DNA of 64,000 nucleotides from the NCBI GenBank assembly GCA_043228905.1, contig JBHGNT010000002.1:9362001-9426000 (forward strand). The letters run 5' to 3'. The position numbers were made by a program, and so were the translations under genes. Origin of the DNA: Azolla caroliniana (lineage: Eukaryota > Plantae > Polypodiophyta). Below are positions 25,567 through 36,318 of this stretch, in pieces. Position 1 is the first letter of the stretch; every line of letters starts with the position of its first letter. The notes under the pieces are model-generated. The model worked only from the letters and a program-made list of their open reading frames with translations, did no database searches and had not been told where the DNA came from.

Positions 25567-26253
25567 TGTTGAGATATGACCATAGATCTGTGATAAAGAT
25601 CTTCTAAAATATAGCAACGCGGAAATAGGAAACATAAAATACAAATAGAGAATGCACAGTACACTGTATTTACGTGGATACCTTAAAACGGGAAAAAACC
25701 ATGGGACAACAGGTTTCCACTATGAACAGAGATATAAAAGAAAGATTTACAACTCTTTGTGAAAAACAGAGAATACTCTCTTAGGGTTTCCGCAAGTTTT
25801 ACTAAACTTTGCCTCTCTCTATGGTGCGCTCTCGCATGTCATCCTTCTCTCTGTTACTCTCATTTCTACTCTCCACTACAAAAGCTCTAACTCACTGAAG
25901 TCTAATACATAATGCTTGCCCTAGGTGTATTTATACTCATACACAATATGGGCTATTTACAAATGTAGTTGTTATTATTATTATATAATGTATATAATAA
26001 TAGATTGACCTAACTTGTCGGCCTTGTCTTTGACCATCCGGTCGGCCCAACTTGTCGACTTTGCCTTCTTCTTGAAGCATCCATCCAATGGATTCGACTA
26101 TCACATTCGACTCTCAATCAACTAGTGGACCATCCTGTCGACACCTTGTCGATCCGCCCGACCATACTATAGTCGGCTTTATCGAATTGATTGCCGACTT
26201 CTTCCTTGGCTTCGACTGTCGACTTCTCCCATAGGAGGGAAAAATTTCTAACA
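25567..26253 (-). mobile_element. Solo LTR, distant relative of the Tnt1-like LTRs
   Basis: TGTTGAG...TTCTAACA termini; flanks TAGTT/AAGTT (TSD with one mismatch); shares ACGTGGA..AACGGGAAAAAACCA and GGCTATTTACAAAT blocks with the CoD/CoE LTRs. Confidence 0.7.
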
Positions 26254-26258
26254 AAGTT

Positions 26259-27504
26259 GAACCTTCTCATATTGAAGGTTAAACTTATGACATTCCATGT
26301 GATATTCTTAAGATTTGCTAGATTTTTACATAAATAAATTCATAACTATTCCAAATTGACAAGGTCATTAACTAATCTTTCAAAAGGCATCTCACTATGT
26401 CTGTCAAACCAATTTCTTGGAATGAAAAAACTTGGCCACATCATTTAAGACACTCAAAGAGCGTGTGTGCAAGGCTCCCACTCTTCTATTATCAGACCCT
26501 TCTAAGCCTTTCACAATCGAAACCAATGCTGGTGATTATGCTATTGGTGTTGTACTTTATCAAGGCAATCACCCTATTGCTTTCGAAAGTAAAAAGCTTG
26601 ATGTGACTCAATCTTGGTATTTGGTTTCAAGAGAAAGAGTTATTCACGATAATCCATGCACTAAATACATGGAGGACTATCTCTATGGAAATCAAATTGT
26701 GGTTACAACAAACCATCAATCATTGAAGTATATTTGTAACTAACCAGATCTTGTTGGTTGTAAAGGCCGTTGGGCTAACCCTATGCAAGATTTTGATTTT
26801 TCCATATGGTATTAGAAGGGTTCTATGAACACCATTGTGGATACTCTTAGTTGCATTAAAGAAGTTAACATGCTTAGATTCAAGAAAATACAATCTTATC
26901 TTTTGGATCACCTTTGAGGGAAATACCTTGATGGCAGTTATTTCTCCAAATATTGGACGAAAGCCAAATTTGTTTTAAATGTCGTTACTAACACCCTACC
27001 CTTGGAGGCGACCTTTCACATTACAAACAGTTTGCTCTACCATGTAGTAGTAAGGTCTATGTTCCAGATTTACCAAACCTTAAACAAAAAACTCTTCATG
27101 AATGTCATGATATACCATCTACTAATCATAGTGGAATTCAACAAAAACTTGTTCTCATCTTGAACCATACCTTTTTCTAGTCTAAGATGCACTTTGACGT
27201 GCATAAATAGGTGACTCAATGCTTAAAATGCCAGATTAATAAATCAAAACAACTTAAAGATGTTGGTCTTTTGTATCCCTTAGATATTACTAACAACAAA
27301 TGAGAATGTATCTTGATGGATTTTATTGTTAGTTTACCTCATACACACAGTGGGCATGATGCAATGTGGGTGGTTTTTGACACACTAATGAAATTGGCTA
27401 GATTTATTCCTACCAAAACCAGGGTAGCCGCTCAACACTTGCCTTATCAATTTGTTCTTGAATTATTTCGTTTTTATGGCTTACCAATAGATAATGTTAA
27501 TGAT
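26259..27504 (+). mobile_element. Gypsy chromovirus-type pol fragment 'GyF' part 1 (RNase H to start of integrase core)
   Basis: PFTIETNAGDYAIGVVL, TNHQSLKY, MDFIVSLPHT...YGLPIDNVND; breaks directly into plastid sequence. Confidence 0.85.
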
Positions 27505-27557
27505 TCAGAACTTCCCGATCCATTCATTCCATATTTCTATTTTCTAGAAGATAGATT
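27505..27557 (+). pseudogene. matK: Plastid maturase K fragment
   Basis: TCCATTCATTCCATATTTCTATTTTCTAGAAGATAGA resembles the matK SIHSIFxFLED motif with a frameshift. Confidence 0.5.
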
Positions 27558-28394
27558 GCACGCTCAAGTTACAGATGTATCCGATCGCGTTTTAGAATCA
27601 ACATGAACAGATGATCGGTAAATATAGACATCAACGTCAATTCGATCATTTATTTGATTGAGATTACTGAAACTTCGGTAATCTCAACCAAGTATTCGAC
27701 ATATGAATGGATTCATTTTCAATGGCTGAGCCCCTCAAAAAAAACCATTCCTCAATCAATATGAGTAATGGATCTGTACCTAGCAAAAAAATCTTAAGAA
27801 ATCGAAGCATAAGAGGCAATTAGAATAAAAATGAATAAAAAAAAATCAACTAATTCATCTATCCCTATAAAAGAATTTAAGTATGAATAGACTCAGCCAT
27901 AAAGCTTTCTCCTTTTTGAACCGTAGTGTGAAGTAGGAACGAAGAAGCGATAGTCTTGATAGACTCACCCCCAACTTCTTTTTGCTTAGTACGTGAATCG
28001 GATTATCTGTGTGTTTGAGGGTTGTAGCTGATACTAATAATTGTTGGTTTTGCGGGCTGGATCGTACCATCAAGCAAGTTGATTATCGATCGATTCTTCT
28101 TCAAAGAATAATCAATTGAGTATTTAGTTTATTTGAAAGACAGGCTTCTTCCGCCACCCTATCTCCCAAATCTACTCGATGTCTGAATCCGATTAAGAAT
28201 TTTCCTCGTTCTTTCAGTCTCTTCAGAAAAACGTTTGGGTTCACCTCAGCGACGGAGCCCATTCCAATACCTAACTCGATGGGTCGTTCTTGTCAGTGCT
28301 CACCGAACTTGGGGCTCTTACGTAGCATCATGATAATAATGCTATATCACATAGCTTTTCGGGAGTTTATTGGTTAACCATACGATCTGAAGGA

Positions 28395-28525
28395 CATAGA
28401 GGAAGATTGAAAGGAATTGCCAATCGCGGTAATAAAATATCTTTTGGAAAATTTTCTCTCCAAGCTCTTGAACCGGCATGGATTACAACAAGACAAATAG
28501 AAGGGGGAAGAAGGGCAATAACGAG
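28395..28525 (+). pseudogene. rpl16: Plastid ribosomal protein L16 fragment
   Basis: [44 protein letters not shown]. Confidence 0.92.
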
Positions 28526-28714
28526 GAATTTGTGTTGGGCTTCTATTCTTGTCTGTGGTGCCACAAGTTTCCTACTAGTTGGGATCTCTAGTTGCATTGG
28601 CAAAGACCTGATTCTTGAACTTCTGTCTGAACAAATTGTTTTTATCCCCCCAGGTATTGTAATATCCTTCTACGGAATCGCAGGTCTTTTTCTTGGGTTT
28701 TACTTGTGGTGTAC
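28526..28714 (+). pseudogene. ycf4: Plastid PSI assembly protein Ycf4 fragment
   Basis: NLCWASIL...[11 protein letters not shown]...[27 protein letters not shown]. Confidence 0.9.
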
Positions 28715-29164
28715 GTCGTGCGAAATTAGAATTTCATGCACGGTTCTGAATGAGCGGGAAGATCGAAAATCTTCTTTTCAACTCTGACTCTCCCACACCA
28801 GTTGTTGCTTCTTTTTCTGTGACTTCCAAGGTGGCGGAGTTGGCTTCCTGCATCGGGCGGCGAAACTCCAACTTACGAAACTTTATCGATCGAGGATTCT
28901 ATAGATACACTGGAATGTGGAATTTTTTTTCTTATTGATGAAGATGGGTTTGTTTTTAAATATACCACGGGTTTTTATCCAGATAGACCTTTCTCTGACT
29001 ATTCATTGCGGAATTACCCGCGTCGACCAACCTTGTTAATTAAGCTTGGATTATTGCTCGGTGAAAATAGAAGCTTCCGTAAAAATGACGTTTGTCTTCA
29101 GTTCGGTCAAATTGTAGCCATTCATCATAAATATCTGTTAGCCCGAACAACGAAGCCTTTTTCA

Positions 29165-29315
29165 GCAAATCCCAACAATTGTTGTACTTCGCGAGTAACA
29201 TTAATCTCTTAACAGTTAGTGAGTTGTAAATATTCGGCATTTCCCCCAGAGAAAGAGCAACATCCGATACTGGTCCAATGATCTGAGTAACGTATCCCAC
29301 ATGATTTTCCACCAT
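29165..29315 (-). pseudogene. atpB: Plastid ATP synthase beta N-terminal fragment
   Basis: [31 protein letters not shown]. Confidence 0.9.
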
Positions 29316-30059
29316 TTTGGAAATTTCAAAAGAGGGAGAACTAGTTTTCGTAACTATTTTCGTGTATTATCTTTATTTGATTACTGAATCGATAAAGAGA
29401 TATCTTATTTCATCCCCGATCCATTATCTATTGTTGGCGAAAAGAGAGTCGTTCGGAACAAACCCCTCCGCTCTCCAGTCATGAACCTTTTATCAAATCA
29501 TTTGACTCATGAATTCTAAATCTGCTCCCTCTATGCAATCCGTGTCGTTCGGTGAGGGTTAGTACCGTCATCTTGGAAATCGTAGTTTTACTAGCAATGC
29601 CGATTTTTATGCATTCCCTGAATAAGGGAAGTTCGATCAGAGAAGGTAGAAAGTTGGATATTGCTAGCATGAACTATTGAGTCAATGAACATGCCGGTTC
29701 ATCATGCTTGCTGTTTAAAATACTCGTTAGGTGGTTCCGCTTTTCTTTTGGGAAAGGCGTGCGTTTCAGGCTTGCAGGGAAAAATGCCATTTCCGAGTTC
29801 AAAGATTGTTGCTTTAAAGTGGAAAGAAAAGTGCAAAGCCTCTTCTTGCTAGTGATTCATCAATATTGCTGCCGACTCGATTTAAAGTGAAAAGAAAAGT
29901 GTTGCTTTGCTGGATTCGCAGATTATGGCCAAAAGATGATATTGCCTTCTTGCATGATCCTTCTGAATTGGCCCTACGCGTTACCAATGCCATCAGGGAT
30001 ATTTTCAACAAGAAATAGATCGACGAATCCGCTCTAGCAAGACTGAAAATCCGAGTCTA

Positions 30060-30443
30060 TCCGAAGCTTGGTCTAAAATTCCAGAAAAATTAGCCTTTTA
30101 CGATTACATTGGTAACAATCCGGCTAAAGGTGGATTATTCAGAGTAGGTGCAATGGACAACAATGATGGTATAGTTGTAGGTTGGTTAAGCCACGCTATC
30201 TTCAAAGATAAGGGGGGTCGTGAGTCGTTCCTCCGCCGGATGCCCACCTTCTTCGAAACATTTCCATTAGTCTTGGTAGATGGCGAACGCATCGTAAGAG
30301 CCGATGTGCCATTTAGACGAGCGGAATCTAAATATAGTGTTGAGCAAGTAGGTGTAACTGTAGAATTTAACGACGGTGAACTAGATGCCACTAGCTTTAG
30401 CAATCCCTCTACGGTAAAGAAATACGCAAGATGCGCCCAACTG
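30060..30443 (+). pseudogene. psbB: Plastid PSII CP47 fragment
   Basis: [27 protein letters not shown]...[11 protein letters not shown]...[24 protein letters not shown]. Confidence 0.97.
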
Positions 30444-30624
30444 CCTAGCTACGAATCTGTTCGGGAGAAGCTAGCCCAATACGAAGTTTTTGATAATTAG
30501 TGTCATGAATTGTACGATAAAAAGTTTCAATTGTTTTTTTTTTACTTCTATGGAGTATCAAATATCTTCACTTCCCCTACCTAAATCTTCTTCAAACACA
30601 AACTCGTGTTCAAAATTCAAGCCC

Positions 30625-30918
30625 ATACCTGGTTTCCAATTCGGCTGCAAATGTAGCCAATTGGCTAGTAAGAACGCCGCAGAAATAGCTAGCAGGAAGA
30701 TAGCTCCGTTATAAAGATCTTTGTTATTGCGTAGACCAATGGTGTACCACCATTGATATACACCAGAATAAGCAATATTGACGGGACCCGAAGCCCCCAC
30801 CTAGGTGTAAGCTTCGACCGTTGGCTGTCCAAAGTGAGGATCCCAAATGGCATGAGCAATCAGTGTCACGTGTAGTGGGTCCCATACCCATGCCTCAAAG
30901 TTACCCTGCCAAGCTACA
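30625..30918 (-). pseudogene. psaB: Plastid PSI P700 apoprotein A2 fragment
   Basis: [28 protein letters not shown]...[20 protein letters not shown]...WLHLQP; a second psaB piece ([18 protein letters not shown]) lies at ~34148-34211 on +. Confidence 0.96.
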
Positions 30919-30927
30919 ACAACCCTA

Positions 30928-31023
30928 GTTACTATAGTGGTTCCTTTCGACCCTAGAAAATGACCAGAAGCACCTGCTATAAAGCTACCAGGCAATGACA
31001 ACGATACTATTCGTAAATATGTA
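30928..31023 (-). pseudogene. nad5: Mitochondrial NADH dehydrogenase subunit 5 N-terminal fragment (unedited)
   Basis: [32 protein letters not shown] matches plant mitochondrial Nad5 MYLLIVxLPLLGSxxAGxFGRFLGSxGTAIVT, with P/S at expected C-to-U edit positions. Confidence 0.75.
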
Positions 31024-31603
31024 CTCAATGAATCCTTTCTTTCTTGTTTTGGATATTCATGGCAGTTTGTCCAGAATGGAAACGCAAAGGGTTTTTTCCT
31101 TTACAGAATGCGCACTTATATACAAAATTCTTTCATATTGAACCAATAAATTGACCCTGTCGGTTACTAGAAATACTACCGCATCCTGCCAAAGGCCCGG
31201 AAACTTGCAAAGCTCCTAAGCCCGAAAAGGCGGCATTAGGTAAAGGGAGTTCGCGCTAGTTGGTATCAAGTCCCGGTCCACAGGGTAGCCTTAAGGGCAA
31301 AGGCGGGAATGGTTTCCTTTGTTTCCCCGCGTGCGAATGATTGATTGAATGTTGGATCCTCTTATATTGCTAATGGTGGTATCCCGAATGAATTCGGAAC
31401 AAAACATATCGTCAGAAACTACCTAGCGACCTGGTTCCTAACTACAACAAGTCCTGGATATTAGTAAATGATAACCAACTTCTTTTTTTCTAACAATAAG
31501 AAATTGGTGGACTAGTAACTAGTCTTGGCCAACAACCTAGCATGCACGATGAAAGCCCGCGGAGAACAATCTTTTAGTAATAGAAACAATAGTGGCTATT
31601 TTG

Positions 31604-31687
31604 GCCCACGTAGCTCAAAGGATAGACTATTCTTATGTACCACCCGGGTTGGCGGGAAACTAGCCGGTTCGAGTCCGGTCGTGGGCT
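31604..31687 (+). tRNA. Atypical tRNA-like sequence (possibly derived from trnT-UGU), pseudogene
   Basis: Acceptor stem GCCCACG/CGTGGGC, TAGCTCA start of D arm, T arm GCCGG-TTCGAGT-CCGGT; anticodon arm does not fold canonically. Confidence 0.5.
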
Positions 31688-31864
31688 GGTGGGAGGAACA
31701 AGCAAGAATAGTTCAATACGGCGTGTAACAAGCAAAACAAGAATTTCACTTCGAATCCTAGACTTTAGCACCTTGTTGTTTATGGTGTTTCATGATCAGT
31801 ATCGGAAACGAATGGAGAAGTGGTAGAACGTGCGGAACCGCATATTGGATTATTCTAGTGCGGC

Positions 31865-32150
31865 AATCAAGTAGTCCATTATTAAATAAAGATTCAGCCG
31901 ATTGAAAACCGTGAGGTATTTTTTGGCGTAACGTTTGTTCGATCACTCTTGTACCAGCAAACACTATATATGCTTCAGGTTCGGCTATGATTATGTCTCC
32001 TGACATACGAAAACTAGCAGTTACACCATCTGTAGTTGGATGAGTAAGAACCGATTTATAAGGCAATTTCTTCTGAACTTGATATTTTTGCAAAGCAAAA
32101 GAGATCTTAGCCATTTGCATTATGCTTAACATTCCTTCTTGCATACGAGC
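31865..32150 (-). pseudogene. accD: Plastid acetyl-CoA carboxylase beta fragment
   Basis: ARMQEG..MQMAKIS...[37 protein letters not shown]. Confidence 0.95.
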
Positions 32151-32434
32151 TTCTCTTTTTCTCATTGCTTCTCGAATAGGTCCATCACACCATCGATTCA
32201 AGATTTGAGTAAAGACCATGATCTTTTTCTAGAGATACTACTACTTTGTGGAGGGATAATAAAAACGGCGTATAGGTAAAGTGAAAGTAGTAGGAAGGGA
32301 TGATACAGAAACATTTGAAAAGAAATATAGGCTAGACTCATTATATTCTCCCAAAAATATTTTTCTTAAATCTTTTTTTTTTAGCAATTTAAATCAAAAT
32401 ACTTTTGCATGTTTCGATTTGCTTCTGGAACGTA

Positions 32435-32745
32435 TCCCTTGATTTGCTTACGGATGATACTGCTAATTTCATCGGGTCTAATGTTTATTACCATCTTTTA
32501 TCCACCAAATATATCTTACTGAAGGAAGGGAAGGAAAGAGTGAAACCTGTAACATAAAAAAAAAGAGTATCAATTCTGATCGGCTACGTCTTCCATGGAC
32601 TTGAGTAGACCGATTTTATAATCAATCAGGCGTAGATGCAATTCATTATCCAAACGACTATTCGGACTTTTTAGCACCCTCTTTGATGCAAGTCGAGAAA
32701 CTTGTTGTCGAATAGAGTCACAAATTTTTGTAACTGTAGCCTTAA
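32435..32745 (-). pseudogene. atpA: Plastid atpF 3' end, spacer and atpA 5' end
   Basis: IRQQVSRLA...LDNELHLRLIDYKIGLL (atpF) followed by MVINIRPDEISSIIRKQI (atpA), in native order. Confidence 0.85.
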
Positions 32746-32867
32746 ATTGGTTGAATCTTTGGATCTAAAACTATCTTTCCTTTTTTATCCCACAAATTCT
32801 TGTACTATAAAAACATTAGAAATAATGAGGTTAAGCATAATAGCTATAACCAATTTTTGTTAGGTAC

Positions 32868-32995
32868 CGTTTGTTTGTCTATTTCTGAGACGATCGGTGG
32901 TACATCCTTTAGTAAAATCATAGGGACTCAATTCCACCCTCACTCTATCCCTAGACAATATTCTTATATAGTTACGTCAGATCTTTCCTGATATG
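32868..32995 (-). pseudogene. infA: Plastid translation initiation factor 1 fragment
   Basis: [30 protein letters not shown]. Confidence 0.85.
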
Positions 32996-33017
32996 TGAGT
33001 CGATACGTGGCACCCAT

Positions 33018-33380
33018 TACTCCTTTGGAAATATCACCTGAGTGGTATTTATTTCCCGTGTTCCAAATACTCCGTACAGTTCCGAATAAATTATTAGGTG
33101 TACTTTTGATGGCGGCCGTACCCGCAGGTTTGTTAACAGTACCCTTCATTGAGAATGTTAATAAATTTCAAAATCTGTTTCGACGTCTGGTAGCTACAAC
33201 AGTTTTTGTTATTGGTACTGCGGTTGTTGTTTCGTTAGGCATAGGAGCAACTCTACCAATTGATGGATCTTTAACTTTGGGATTATTTCAAAATTAGAAC
33301 CCTACTAGTTCATTGACATGCACACAGAAAATCTAGGGAGTGATTGCTACACCACAACATCTCCCTAGCCTTGTTGTTTT
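33018..33380 (+). pseudogene. petD: Plastid cytochrome b6f subunit IV 3' part plus 3' stem-loop (copy 1)
   Basis: [35 protein letters not shown]...SLTLGLF; hairpin CTAGGGAG...CTCCCTAG followed by a T-run. Confidence 0.97.
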
Positions 33381-33448
33381 TTTTATAAGAAACTACTAAA
33401 ATTTCGAAATGGTTCTATTATTTATTCTATTTATTATTTGACCTAGAT

Positions 33449-33630
33449 TGGGGGGGAGGCAACAACCTAGTAGCAGTAGCTAGAAAAGTTGCTTTAGCAC
33501 CAATCCCGTTAGGTACTGCAGATTTCTTGGTACACCACATTCATGCATTTACAATTCATGTTACTGTATTAATATTACTAAAAGGTGTTCTATTTGCACA
33601 CAGCTTGCTGGTAATACCCGATAAAGCCAA
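33449..33630 (+). pseudogene. psaA: Plastid PSI P700 apoprotein A1 fragment
   Basis: [33 protein letters not shown]...IPDKA. Confidence 0.95.
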
Positions 33631-33649
33631 GTGGGAGAGCGGTTGATGG

Positions 33650-33766
33650 TAGAGCCCAGTGCAGCAAAATCGGCATGTTGGGTTCGTTAAGCAGTTCTAG
33701 AATATTTAGCATATTTTTTTATCTGCATGACCGAGAATGTCTACGGTTCGAATCCGTATAGCCCTA
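33650..33766 (+). tRNA. trnV-UAC: Plastid trnV-UAC group II intron 3' end and exon 2 (pseudo)
   Basis: Domain V-like GAGCCCAGTGCA..GCATGTTGGGTTC, then CCGAGAATGTCTACGGTTCGAATCCGTATAGCCCTA. Confidence 0.8.
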
Positions 33767-34615
33767 ATCCGACGCAAAAATGAGACACGCATTACCATTC
33801 TAATTTTAAATCTATAACAATAAGTATCTATCTATAGAATTAGGGATAGTTCTAACTCTATAGATATTTATTGTTAAGTTCAATACGAATCATTAAATTT
33901 CTAGATTTTCTCTCCCAAACAAAGTAGTTTGGTAGTTCGATATATTCCAGTTATTTGATCATTGAAATGCCCAGATGGACCCCCTTCCCAAACCAAACAT
34001 GGACCTTTCAATCCATTCGGTTTTCTTGACCGCGCCTCTTTCTCTCCTCAGATAGGAAAAGTTTATTCAACAATTTTTTTTTATTACTTTTACGCGCGGG
34101 CCCGCCACGTTCTTCCCACTATCTGTTCGATTCATACCGAACCGCAATAATAGCTCATCTGAGTTGGGCTAGCTTATTCCTCGGATTCCATACCTTAGGT
34201 CTTTATGTTCAGTTACTTCTGCTAGCGATAGGCGTAATTGGAGACCAATTCCTCTAAAACTTGCAATGTCTTTTCTTCGTATTCCCGAAGGAATAACAAG
34301 AAAATTGTGCCTGTTATTGGGTTTGTCACAGATTTGTGACTTATTAATATCGATAACTGGTTGAATTTTTTTGTTGGTGCGAAAAGATGTCCTATTTGAT
34401 CCACCAACACTCCACTTCGGTTCTATCAATTTTTGATGCTCAATTGTAAACATATCTCTATCAATCTTTTTGGTTTTTTTATAACTAGAGTTATTTTTGG
34501 GAAGTACTCCAGTTATTTCTGTAAACATATCTCTATCAACTTGTCGGGACGCTATGATTACCATAGAACTCCAATTCCAAAACGAAAACGTTTTGTGACT
34601 TCTTTTTTTAAGTGT

Positions 34616-34697
34616 GGGTTGATGCTCGAGTGGTTAATGGGGACAGATTGTAAATTTGCTAGCGACGCCTATGCTGGTTCGAATCCAGCTCGACCCA
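34616..34697 (+). tRNA. trnY-GUA: Plastid-derived tRNA-Tyr(GUA) pseudogene
   Basis: GGGTTGATGCTCGAGTGGTTAATGGGGACAGATTGTAAAT...GCTGGTTCGAATCCAGCTCGACCCA; C>T/G>A changes relative to plastid trnY. Confidence 0.9.
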
Positions 34698-34710
34698 AAT
34701 ATGAGACGGA

Positions 34711-35782
34711 TACACTTTTCAGCCACGAGCCCCGATTGATGTTAATATATATCATGATGAGTTGCGAAGTACGCAAAACTTTCTTCGGGATATGCAAGAT
34801 ATGTTGCATATTGCACGAGATAATATAAAAACAACTCAAGATAGAGCGCATTTTTATGCCGATCATCATTGGCAACCTCATGTATTCAACCCTGGACAGA
34901 AGGTATTTTTACTTGTACCTCACAATTCTAAGACATTGTCTAAGGGTAAGTGCGCTAAGTTAGCCCCAAGGTTTTGTGTACCTTTTACAGTCCTCAAATG
35001 CATTGGGTCGTCAGCCTATCGTCTCGCTCTTCCCGATGGTGTTGAAATTCATCTAGTTTTTCATGTGAGTCGTCTAAAAGAACTTCTAGGTTCTGGCGAC
35101 AATACAGTTACAACTGAAACTCTGGTTACTTTTGAAGAATTATCTTCTAAACCACATGGACCAGAAATAATTCTCGACGTTAAAACAAAAAAATTACGTA
35201 CGAAAGAAATCCAAGAATTTAAAATAAAATGGATGGATAAATCAATAAAAGATGCCACATGGGAACGCGAAAATACTCTTAGAACTAATTTCCCTAACTT
35301 TCCATTGCAAGAGTGCAATGTTTTAAAGAGGGGGAGTATGTTACGGGCATGACCATATAATATCCCATGATGAAAATTTACCGTAGTATTCTATACACGT
35401 GGATAAGTGTGAGGGTTAAACGAGGGTGTAAAGAAGGGGAGGATTACTTTTAATCATTGGGATTGAGACAACCCATTAGGCCAAGTGTGAACTTGCCTGG
35501 GGGCCTTGGGTATCGCTATAAATAAGAGGCCTAACTACCCTCATTTCATCATCTTTTGACTATGTTGAGACTCTGTTCTTCTAGTGGGTCAACTCTTGTA
35601 GCGAGCGCGCCAACACCAGGTACGACTCGACGCCACGACGGTGGTATGGGACGCCGATCGAGGCTCGAGTCCGTCTCGATCCCTTCGCTCAGGGGTTGTT
35701 GGGTGGATCGGCACACCCTTCTTTCTCTCTCTCCTTTCTATCTATCTACCTATCATTCTTTTATCCTTATCATATGCTTACA
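34711..35782 (+). mobile_element. Gypsy chromovirus 3' end 'GyF' part 2: integrase C-terminus, chromodomain, PPT and 3' LTR (35339-~35782)
   Basis: FQPRAPIDV, KLAPRFCVPF, HLVFHVSRLK, chromodomain PEIILD...FKIKW...DATWERE; PPT AAGAGGGGGAGTA; LTR TGTTAC...CTTACA with TATAAATA at ~35517. Confidence 0.85.
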
Positions 35783-36159
35783 TTAGTACATATCTCTAAT
35801 ATTGGGTTTTAGAAAGGAATTGATCGTGATACCGAACCCGTCCATAGAGCTGAGTCTTTAGACGATCAATCCTTATACTGCACAAAGAAACCCTATCGAT
35901 ATCTGTAAATAAACGAAAAAAGTTTCCTTGTTAGAAGTGAATATCTCATTATCGTTATGAATCGTATTTAAACATGATATTTTATTTTGAGGATATTCCA
36001 GTTTCAACCAGATCTATGCGGAGTTGATGTCTCAACTAGCATTCACCAGAGAAATTCTGTCACGCCAAGACTGATTAAACCCCGATAAGATTGATTGACA
36101 TAAATGAATTAGGAGGAGACTAATATGAAACCTATAATTTCTGTTGCTTTTGTTATTGT

Positions 36160-36318
36160 TGCATGAACCGAACCGACTATTAGTATAAGTATGAAGATTA
36201 TTGCTTCAATGAAGGCGAATAGGCCCAATTCCCTAAAACTCATAGCCCAAGGATGGAGAAAGACTGTCTCCATGTCCAAGATTGCAAATACCGAAGCAAA
36301 CATGTAGTAATCGAATGA
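36160..36318 (-). pseudogene. ndhC: Plastid NdhC fragment (unedited)
   Basis: [50 protein letters not shown]. Confidence 0.93.

Larger units (their letters stand above)
27505..34710. other. Scrambled organellar mosaic (NUPT/NUMT), block 1
   Basis: Short fragments of matK, rpl16, ycf4, rpoC2, atpB, psbB, psaB, nad5, accD, atpF/atpA, infA, petD, psaA, trnV, trnY in mixed orientation and non-plastome order. Confidence 0.95.

Noticed and set aside
33300-33380. cDNA (mRNA-derived) origin suggested by petD similarity ending at the 3' stem-loop
   Set aside because: Unedited codons, intron pieces and intergenic spacers argue for DNA donors; kept only as a testable alternative.
27505-34710. CRISPR-like or integron-like ordered acquisition array of organellar 'spacers'
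   Set aside because: I could not find a constant repeat or att-like motif between fragments; frequent CTAG/TAGT words are better explained by deamination of methylated CCGG/CHG.
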